Below are positions 20,992 to 29,548 of a DNA stretch of 64,000 nucleotides, in pieces (the stretch's first letter is position 1; every line of letters begins with the position of its first letter). The notes below the pieces were generated by a model. The model had not been told where the DNA came from, ran no database searches, and saw nothing but the letters and a program-made list of their open reading frames with translations. Both the position numbers and the translations under genes were made by a program. The DNA is from Veleropilina oligotropha (Eukaryota), in assembly GCA_048128005.1 (NCBI GenBank), contig JBEUKZ010000123.1, forward strand, positions 62,001 to 126,000, in the 5' to 3' direction.

Positions 20992-23949
20992 TTGCCCGCT
21001 CCCGCCGGTGGGAGCGTGCCTGTTAGCACACAGCCAGCCCTGGCTAGAGCTGACAGACAGCAACTGGGTCCACTTAGTCGTGAGTGCCGGATACAAGTTG
21101 GCATTCAACCGGCATCCGACCTTAACCGAGGCACCACCAACAAGACACGCTCGCCTCCTAAACGGAGAGAAACAAGCGGTCTTAGACCAGGCAGTGCGGG
21201 ATTTGCTCCTAAAAAGAGCGATATATCCCGCGCCGCCCAGCACACCAGGATTTTACAGCCATTTCTTCCTGGTCCCGAAACCCGATGGCCGCTGGAGACC
21301 GATCCTCGATCTCTCGTACCTAAACCTATATCTTCGTACCGAGAAATTCCAGCAAGAAACCCTCTCGAAGATTCGAGCGGCCATCCGTCCGGGCGACTGG
21401 GCAGCGTCTATCGATCTCGCCGACGCGTATCTGCATGTCCCGATGCATATCACGGCTCATCAGTACCTTCGGTTTATACACGGGGAGACGATCTACCAAT
21501 TCAGGTGCCTACCGTTCGGTCTATCGTCAGCCCCGTACGTCTTCACGAGAACAGTACAGGCCCTGGGGGCCTTCCTACACTCTCTAGGGCACAGGGTACA
21601 TATGTACCTCGACGACTGGCTGATCCTCGGGGCGTCCCGAGATCTGTGCCTCCGGTCTACGAGCTTTACCCTGTCATCGACGAAGCGCCTGGGATTTCAG
21701 ATCAACGAGACAAAATCCTGCTTCGTGCCCTCGACGACGTTTACGTTCCTCGGAGTCGACTTCGATACGGTCCGGTACACCGCGAAGCCGACCCAGAAGC
21801 GTATGCGGAACCTACGCGCGGTTATCCAAGACACCCTGTCATCGGACATAACTACGGCGCGACAACTGGCCACTGTCCTGGGGCACATCGAGTCGGTAGC
21901 GCCCCTGCTACCGACGGGTCGCATGGACAAAAGACCGTTACAACAGGCTTTCAGGGATCGCTGGATACAACGGACGGGGCAGTGGAAGGATCGCATCGAT
22001 CTACGGCATTGGTTTACCGACACGACAGCAGTGTGGTTGAACCCCGCTTTGCCGGACCAGTCGGTTCCTATATCCCCACCAGAGCCGAACGCTTACCTGT
22101 TCACAGACGCTTCGAACGACGGCTGGGGTGGTCACCTCGACAGTTACGAGACATCAGGCCTATGGCCGACAGACCTTCAGGGACGACATATCAACTTCCT
22201 AGAGTTAGAAGCCGTCTACCTGTCAGTACGGTCCCTCTCGTCACATCTCCGCAACAAGCATATAATGCTCGCCACGGACAACACGACTGTCGTCGCTTAC
22301 ATACAGCACCAGGGCGGTACACGCTCGCGTCCCCTATGCGACCGAGCGATAGACCTACACCGCTTAGTGATGTCCCTCAACTCGACGATTCGAGCCCGAC
22401 ACATCCCGGGAAAGCTGAATGTCAGAGCGGATTCGCTCTCTCGGAGATCACAGATAATACACACAGAGTGGACGCTACACAGCCGAGTAGCTCGGGAGGT
22501 TTGCCGCCGGTGGTCGCAACCCCAAGTCGACTTGTTTGCAACAGAATTCAATTACCGACTACCTCTGTATGTCTCCCCGTACCCAGACCCGGCCGCCCTG
22601 GCGGTCGACGCAATGTCAATGACATGGGAGAATCTGTCCGCGTATGCCTTCCCCCCGACGTGCATTCTATCACTGGTATTACAGAAGGCAGCGACCGAAC
22701 GTTGCGAGATAACGCTAATAGCGCCCCTGTATCGCACGCAACCTTGGTTTCCGACCCTCCTCGATCTGATCGTCGATCGACCGTTAGCGTTACCGCAGAA
22801 ACTAGACCTGTTAATGCAACCACGCACCCGTGTACTCCACGAGTCGCCGAACCACTTACGTTTACACGCCTGGCGGTTATCGAACGATCCCTTGCTAAGA
22901 AAGGATTTTCTAAAGCTACAGCCTTACGTATCTATCGATCGAGAAGGATTTCCACTACAAAAGTCTATGACTACCGATGGGTTAAGTACGTGGATTGGTG
23001 TCACAGCAGGCAGATCAATATACTCCGTCCCCCTGTGAACAAGTTTATCGAGTTTTTATCGTCGCTCTTCGACCGCGGTATGTCAGTGTCCGCCGTCAAA
23101 GGCTATCGGGCAACGATCGCGACCACGCTAAAGCAGTGTCGTGCCCATGCTGGCCTATCAAGCGACCGAACGATATCAGATTTTATACGATCTTATGAAC
23201 TCGAGATACCGACCCGAAGAATTAAGCCACCTGCCTGGAATATCGTACTTATTCTTAACGCATTACTCTTACCCCCGTATGAGCCGATGTCCGAGATAAC
23301 CATGAGGAACTTGACGCACAAAACAGTTTTTCTGATCGCCTTAGCGTCGGGCAGGCGTTGTTCCGAGATTCATGCTTTCTCCTCCGAGCTAAGAGACATA
23401 CGATTCCAGTCAGACGGGTCGGTGATACTGCGTCCCATTCTGGGCTTCTTAGCCAAGAACCAGCGGCCGAACGAGGACGCACCCGATGTTGTTATTCCCA
23501 AGCTAACGCTAGTCGGAAGGCGCGACGCAGACCGCTTCAATTGCCCGGTCCGGGCGCTTCGATTCTACCTAGACAGAACCCGTGAGTTGCGACAGGGAAA
23601 ATTACGTTTATTCATATCGTATTTGCCCACCTACACCCGCGACATTACGAGGACTACTGTTTCGCGGTGGATTTCACAAACTGTGAGAGATGTTTACATC
23701 CGTTGTGATGACGACGACCGAACTATTTTATCGGTCCGCGCACATGAGGTCCGGGCCATTGCAGCGTCTGTAGCCTTCCGACATAATTTAAATATCAATG
23801 CGTTACTACAGGCCGGATATTGGAAAAACGCTAACGTGTTTGTCAAACATTATCTGCGCGACTACTCAACCGGGGCTGATGGCCTAAGCAGTTTACACTG
23901 TGTTGCTGCACAACGGGTTATTGTTAGACCGAGGTCTTCTAATCAGTAA
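20992..23949 (+). CDS. DIRS tyrosine recombinase ORF (frame open from 20965; recombinase proper about 22870-23949)
   Basis: R...K...HxxR...W...Y catalytic residues all present. Confidence 0.94.
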   Translation: MPAPAGGSVPVSTQPALARADRQQLGPLSRECRIQVGIQPASDLNRGTTNKTRSPPKRRETSGLRPGSAGFAPKKSDISRAAQHTRILQPFLPGPETRWPLETDPRSLVPKPISSYREIPARNPLEDSSGHPSGRLGSVYRSRRRVSACPDAYHGSSVPSVYTRGDDLPIQVPTVRSIVSPVRLHENSTGPGGLPTLSRAQGTYVPRRLADPRGVPRSVPPVYELYPVIDEAPGISDQRDKILLRALDDVYVPRSRLRYGPVHREADPEAYAEPTRGYPRHPVIGHNYGATTGHCPGAHRVGSAPATDGSHGQKTVTTGFQGSLDTTDGAVEGSHRSTALVYRHDSSVVEPRFAGPVGSYIPTRAERLPVHRRFERRLGWSPRQLRDIRPMADRPSGTTYQLPRVRSRLPVSTVPLVTSPQQAYNARHGQHDCRRLHTAPGRYTLASPMRPSDRPTPLSDVPQLDDSSPTHPGKAECQSGFALSEITDNTHRVDATQPSSSGGLPPVVATPSRLVCNRIQLPTTSVCLPVPRPGRPGGRRNVNDMGESVRVCLPPDVHSITGITEGSDRTLRDNANSAPVSHATLVSDPPRSDRRSTVSVTAETRPVNATTHPCTPRVAEPLTFTRLAVIERSLAKKGFSKATALRIYRSRRISTTKVYDYRWVKYVDWCHSRQINILRPPVNKFIEFLSSLFDRGMSVSAVKGYRATIATTLKQCRAHAGLSSDRTISDFIRSYELEIPTRRIKPPAWNIVLILNALLLPPYEPMSEITMRNLTHKTVFLIALASGRRCSEIHAFSSELRDIRFQSDGSVILRPILGFLAKNQRPNEDAPDVVIPKLTLVGRRDADRFNCPVRALRFYLDRTRELRQGKLRLFISYLPTYTRDITRTTVSRWISQTVRDVYIRCDDDDRTILSVRAHEVRAIAASVAFRHNLNINALLQAGYWKNANVFVKHYLRDYSTGADGLSSLHCVAAQRVIVRPRSSNQ
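21008..23038 (+). CDS. DIRS RT-RNase H-methyltransferase-like ORF (frame open from 20948; first ATG only at 21443)
   Basis: YLDD, LPFG, TDAS, DLFA and YAFPP motifs. Confidence 0.95.
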   Translation: MGACLLAHSQPWLELTDSNWVHLVVSAGYKLAFNRHPTLTEAPPTRHARLLNGEKQAVLDQAVRDLLLKRAIYPAPPSTPGFYSHFFLVPKPDGRWRPILDLSYLNLYLRTEKFQQETLSKIRAAIRPGDWAASIDLADAYLHVPMHITAHQYLRFIHGETIYQFRCLPFGLSSAPYVFTRTVQALGAFLHSLGHRVHMYLDDWLILGASRDLCLRSTSFTLSSTKRLGFQINETKSCFVPSTTFTFLGVDFDTVRYTAKPTQKRMRNLRAVIQDTLSSDITTARQLATVLGHIESVAPLLPTGRMDKRPLQQAFRDRWIQRTGQWKDRIDLRHWFTDTTAVWLNPALPDQSVPISPPEPNAYLFTDASNDGWGGHLDSYETSGLWPTDLQGRHINFLELEAVYLSVRSLSSHLRNKHIMLATDNTTVVAYIQHQGGTRSRPLCDRAIDLHRLVMSLNSTIRARHIPGKLNVRADSLSRRSQIIHTEWTLHSRVAREVCRRWSQPQVDLFATEFNYRLPLYVSPYPDPAALAVDAMSMTWENLSAYAFPPTCILSLVLQKAATERCEITLIAPLYRTQPWFPTLLDLIVDRPLALPQKLDLLMQPRTRVLHESPNHLRLHAWRLSNDPLLRKDFLKLQPYVSIDREGFPLQKSMTTDGLSTWIGVTAGRSIYSVPL

Positions 23950-24780
23950 GTATTGTTCTCTGATTGATCATTTGCATATTTACTGACGCCATTTTATTTT
24001 CGTTGGCCAAACGGTGCTATGTAATTAACACCTATGGGGCAGTTCAATGTCTGTTCATTTCTTAAATCTAATTTAAGATTTTGTACTTCTCATGTCAGAC
24101 TGAGTGTTGACATAAGCCAGATCACATTGAATTTAATAAAACAACTTTGATAATTTTGCACAAATCTTAAAAAGATTAGGGTTCAATATTATTATGTTCT
24201 TTGCTGTAATCGAACATACGATGTTCAATACATTTAAAATGTTGATTCCTTAACATTTATTTTTAAGTAACATGTCGAACATTTTTGCTTCCTTAAAATT
24301 TATTTTAAGTGACGTCGTCCATGTTAGCGCTCGCAAGTTGGTCATGCGAACTACTTATTAATATCGATTATTATATAATCTATTAATTCTTTGCTTTTGA
24401 TTTTAAAGCTTTCACAACCTGTTAGGTTCCGTGTGCTTACAAATCCGACTGCATCCTCTGGCTACCGGCCTATAGGCCCGGAGTCCCATTTGGCTGCCAC
24501 TGGTCCATGACACGTAAGACCTACAGGGATTTATCCTTCCGGCCGTGCCAGGGGCTGATTGCACTTCCGTTCACCTCGTCCGACTAACACCACGGCGTAT
24601 TCTCCCGGTAACACTGGTCGAAATTCTCGCCTGGTAAGAGTAGAATATAATACTCAGTAAAAATTCCACTCTAGGCGGACACACTCGACGCTTCATGCTG
24701 ATCGAATTGGTGAAAAGTAAGTCATTATCTTGTTTGGGTTTGTTGTAAGGAACGTCTTACCCACCTATCCAAGGTTATTC

Positions 24781-24871
24781 TGGCAAGAGTAAGGACGTAA
24801 GTATGTTTGTAACTATATATGAGGTTTTAATGTAAACCTAATATTAGTATAAAACATACTTACGTCCTTAC
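24781..24871. other. DIRS internal complementary region (ICR)
   Basis: The first half is the reverse complement of the left terminus and the second half of the right terminus; they join at ...AACTATAT-AT-GAGGTTTT... Confidence 0.95.
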
Positions 24872-24931
24872 ACGATTACCCACCCTGCGTTTCGCATTCC
24901 TCCCCTCTACTACGTTCCTTTGTGGTTTTTG

Positions 24932-25171
24932 AACTTTGAATTGATGTCATGTGACTTCTATTGTTCAGAAGTCTCACGAGACTTGGCGAAGTCTCGCTAG
25001 GGAACGTGGGGGGTAGGAGCAGGGGAGGTAACCGTGTGCTTTTTTGGCTTATTAACGGTGCATTATGGGACATATTCACCATTTCCGGTTTGGGCGATAA
25101 TATACTATTATGGCAAGAGTAAGGACGTAAGTATGTTTTATACTAATATTAGGTTTACATTAAAACCTCAT
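24932..25171. repeat. DIRS right ITR plus ~33-nt right extension
   Basis: Inverted copy of 17728-17934, followed by TATACTAATATTAGGTTTACATTAAAACCTCAT, which is complementary to the ICR. Confidence 0.95.
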
Positions 25172-25288
25172 TTCTCAATGAAAGATGTTTTAATGTTTTA
25201 AAACCAATATTACATTGATAATATTGTATTCGATATTTTATTTATAAATATGAACTGATATATAATTATATTCTCGTTACTTTCATAG

Positions 25289-25360
25289 ATATTTATACAA
25301 GAATGAAATTGAAACCATTGAAAATGGAGCCTTTGAAGGTCTGGACAAGTTAGAACAGCT
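25289..25360 (+). CDS. PXDN: Peroxidasin LRR exon (YLYKNEIETIENGAFEGLDKLEQ)
   Basis: 72 nt, catAG/GTAAGT; the YLYKNEI motif is typical of peroxidasin. Confidence 0.94.
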
Positions 25361-26916
25361 GTAAGTAGATATATTCTTTGCTAATTATTTTTTCAGGTAT
25401 CGGTTTTTCAATATGCACATATAACATATTTTGTTAAATATATGCATTAACAATTCGCTGCATGAATAATCCTTCCCCTGAAACAACTCCTACCTTAATT
25501 AATCGTGTTCTCAAAAATAGTATTGGAATATAAATAAGATCTTTCTTTAGGTATCTGGTTTCTGATGTTACTTAGAACACACATGATTGGAGGTCCACTG
25601 TCTTCAGTAGTAGGACGTCAGGCCAATGAAATGATAGCCGTTCTATATTTTATGTTGCTTCAGTCAATGATCATTCATTTAAAAATCATATTTCTTTGCA
25701 CAATATTGCGATATTGGTGGAAAACATATATCATACATGTGCCTTTTCGATTTAATGGTCATGATCTACACGTTTAATCCATATACGAAATAATGACCTG
25801 CATTCACGTTTTCCGCCAAACCAATGCTTACTAATGAAATACATGAACATACTGACAGAGTCTGTGGTGTGTAAACGTTGCCATGCCGTTACAACTGTTA
25901 GCAGGAATGAAGTACATTTCCAATGTGCTGTATCATCCATCATGCAATTTATCAGCCCAGAAAAGCAATTACTTTGAGATATTGTACAAAGGTTGCCTCC
26001 ACTTTGATGTATCATAGCCATCTGGAATTGTCTTCTGAAGCAACACGTTGTGGTTCTTGAAGAATTGTTGATTGTTTATGCATTGTGGGCATTGTAGAGA
26101 CTGGCATATTGCCTCACTGTCTTTCCCTTATTGAAGATTCTGAAGATTGCTAGTAGTAAATACCCATGCATCGTGTTGGTGTTTGGCATTTATGTTAGAA
26201 AAACAGTTTCCAGAAACCTATAGCAATGGGGTCGTCATCAATGCCAGTAATATATTTTGCTCTTTGCACAGACAATTATTATGATAAAATGTTATAGAAG
26301 CAAACAAATATTGAAATGATAAAGTTCACTGTATGTACATACTAATAACTGTCCAAACATTACCATTATATACCATCAAGGCCACTGTAGTTTCTGACAA
26401 GACTTAATTATTTTGTATTTTTCATCAGTTTCATATATTGCAAGTTTCAAATATAATTTGTTTAAATTTGATTGTACTTTTAAGTGTAAGCATCAGAAAA
26501 GGGATGTCCGAAGGTTGTTGACTACATCCTTTTACATTTAATACCAGAACAGGAAAGCAACTGTAATACCCTAGATTGCATGCACTCCATATCTTGATGG
26601 CTATTTAGTTAGAGATGCACTACTGATAAAGAAAAAAGGAGACTCATGTAAGACCAGAATGATTGGGTTCACATGATGCATGCCATGGGTCCCATTAATG
26701 AAGTGAATCTCTCCCTGATGTTTTATTTCAAACAGTAAATACACCATCCATGGGGTACTGATAATTTGGTACAACTTTGCCAGAAGCATTCTTTGGCATG
26801 GTTGTTTCACAACATTTGATCATGTTACACATAACAGCCCTTCAATGGCTTTAGATAAGGAGATATCTTAGTAATGTTCCTCTTGTGTCATGTTGTGTAT
26901 GCTGGTTTAGTACATT

Positions 26917-27624
26917 CGGCGCTTTTTCGACACTTCCCCACAGCTCCGGCTTTTATTCAACTTTGGAAATCCGGTTTTTCATCTCCGATAAAATACGATT
27001 TTTTTTTCCAAAATGAGAAAATCTCGTCCTAATTAGGTTGAACTGTAGAAATTGACGAGTCTACTTTCGTCCGTCGATAGCACGGCGTTGGACGCATAGT
27101 TAATACAGTGCCACATTGGTATTTAAACGTGTTTTTGCATTGTAAGCATGCATTGTTTGTTGTATTAATTAAAATATGCCAACATTCGCATTTGAATTGA
27201 GTTTTTCATTGTATTTAATGTAGAAATTAAAAATTTATTTTAGTCCGACGGAAGCACGACTTTGGACGTGTCGTTAATGTTAAATCCATGGGGACTAGCA
27301 ATAGGTGAACCTCGGTCAGTCCAGGCTCACGGGGCGGTCCGGTGTATATACGTTTGTAAAGCAAATACAACTACGTACCCATCACGTGTATCTTATCGCA
27401 AGCTGCATTTGCCTTTAGTAGAAATTTGGGGTGATTCGGCTGTGTGACGAATTCACCGTGGGGCGAAAACAACCGATATTCTATAAATAGGCCGTGAAAT
27501 CGACAACGCAGAAATTGACAAGGCCGATAATATGCGGAGTGTGCAAATTTAAGACGAATACAAGCCGGAGCTCCTTAAATATGTATAAAAGCCGGATCTG
27601 TGGGGATGTACCGAAAGAGCACCG
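26917..27624. mobile_element. Unclassified MITE with ~38-bp imperfect TIRs starting CGG
   Basis: CGGCGCTTTTTCGACACTTCCCCACAGCTCCGGCTTTT versus reverse complement CGGTGCTCTTTCGGTACATCCCCACAGATCCGGCTTTT; flanks TACATT/CACATT. Confidence 0.75.
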
Positions 27625-28193
27625 CACATTCTTGCTTGATTACATTGAATGAGGGATATTAGTCACAAATATACTTACGTCCTTACTCTTGCCATAATAG
27701 TCATATTATCGCTAACCGGAAGCAGTGAAAATGGTCCCATTATGCACTATTAAGTAAAAAACACTACGGTTACCCCGTTGCTCCCCCTCTTCAAGTTCCT
27801 CAAGACGAGACTTCGTCAAATCTCGCGAGATGTCCGAAATCGAGGCCAGATCATACCTTAATTCAAAGTTCTCCGCCATCTTGGAAACTTGTCCTTTTTT
27901 CCTCCTGAATTTTTTTACAGTTTTTGATATTTATATCATCTTAATATCTATCATCTTAATAACAATCTAAAGCTAATTAGAAGACTGGATTTAACTCAGT
28001 GTTTGCAGCATTTAGTGAAATTTGAAAGGTCTAGAAGCTATCGTCCTGTTTAATCGAAAAGAAGGAAGATAGTGTTCGTGCTGATCGCCGCCATTTTAGG
28101 ATAACAAGGGTCGATCAGAGGGGATGTTTCGTTAAGAAGAAATTTCTGGTCGGTATATTATCTGATATTGTCTGAAGCTACAAAGGTAAATCA

Positions 28194-29129
28194 TTATACC
28201 CACCGTAACGAAGTTAGGGGGGTATATTGGATTATCACCATGCCTGTCCGTCCGCACTATTCCTCCCAACCCGCTGAGCAGAATTCATCGACACTTGACA
28301 TACATGATCACTACATCATGTAGTTGTTACATGAGCGAAATTTTCCCAGTTCGACCATTGACCTTATCGTGGCGACCTCTGGATTTATAAACATTGTCTG
28401 TTATTAATTAACTTGTCCGGACTACTCCTACCAACCTGCTGGGAATATTTCATCGACACTTGGCATACATGATCACTATATCATGTAGTTGTGCAACGGC
28501 GGTAAATTTTTCCGGTATGACCATTGACCTTGACATAGTGACCTCTGGACTTCTACACATTGTCTGTTAATAGTGTTATTAACTTGTCCGGACTACTCCT
28601 CTCAACCTGCTGGAAATATTTCATCGACACTTGGCATACATGATCACTACATCATGTAGTTGTGCAACGGCAAAATTTTTCCCCGTATGACCTTTGACCG
28701 TGACATAATGACCTCTGGATTTCTAAACATTGTCTGTTATTAACTTGTCCGGCCTACTCCTCCCAACCTGCTGGGAATATTTCATCGACACTTGGCATAC
28801 AGGATCACTACATCATGTAGTTGTGCACCTGGAGCTATTTTTCCCAGAATGACCTTTGACCTTTAAGTTATGACCTTTGATCTTTCTGTTATGACTTTCA
28901 GCCAAATCTTTGTACACACTACTTTTAAGAGACTGTTCATGGTTTATCATTTTGCAGCAGGTCTATTTCTCCTAACCCAATGGAATTATCCTGTTTGGCC
29001 ATCTGTCCGTTTGTATGTCCGTCTATTTTTTTGTAATCAAATATTCACTGGATTTCTATACTGATAGTTTGTATAATACATATGAGGGGGGGGGGGGGTA
29101 TTAGTTATCCTCTGGATAGCAGTTCTAGT
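28194..29129 (+). mobile_element. Helentron-type non-autonomous element (HINE) with ~165-bp tandem array, inside the DIRS copy 3 leader
   Basis: 5' short hairpin, GTCC microsatellite, about 4 repeat units, 3' hairpin then CTAGT. Interrupts TCA|TTATATTGG of the DIRS leader. Confidence 0.75.
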
Positions 29130-29548
29130 TTATATTGGCTAATTCCTTGACGACGTTTGTTGCTGGTAATTTGTTATTAAAATTTTACGTCGTTAAAAGG
29201 CAGGGTCTTTAGGTATCAACGTTGCGTTATTCTGATACCCAGCTGTTACTGGGATAATACGCCACCGTTCTAAAATATAGTAAACATCCACGAGGTTTTC
29301 AGGTGTTTTCTTGGGCGGTGTTTGTCTCGTTATTTCTCTAGGGAAAAAACCTCCCTTGTTATTTTCGACTTTAATAAAAGTCTGCATCGTATATCTCAGT
29401 CAGGGTTATTTAGCGTATTTATTGCCTTCTCTAAGACCTTCAGATATGGTAAAATGAAGGTAACCGTTGTAGTAGTAAGTCACAACTACCAAGGATAATA
29501 CCTTTACTTACCCCATCCACCCACTCCCGTCCACCCGTATATTCAGCT

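Larger units (their letters stand above)
17716..25171 (+). mobile_element. Full-length, apparently intact DIRS1-like retrotransposon, copy 2 (~7.46 kb), in a PXDN intron
   Basis: 207-bp inverted terminal repeats, ICR complementary to both ends, three long ORFs, no classical TSD. Confidence 0.97.

Noticed and set aside
19578..22827. Many antisense and third-frame ORFs of 60-210 aa inside DIRS
   Set aside because: Expected shadows of GC-rich dual-coding DNA; no motifs; one changes length with the copy 1 indel.
24545..24635. HDV-like ribozyme suggested by CACCTCGT
   Set aside because: I could not build P1 or P1.1 pairing by eye.
24695..24730. Hammerhead-like CTGATCGA...GAAA...GTC in the DIRS 3' region
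   Set aside because: The core has an extra base relative to CUGANGA, and stems II and III do not pair.
1..25171. Segmental duplication as the origin of the two DIRS copies
   Set aside because: Identity stops at the element terminus, and the downstream flanks are unrelated.
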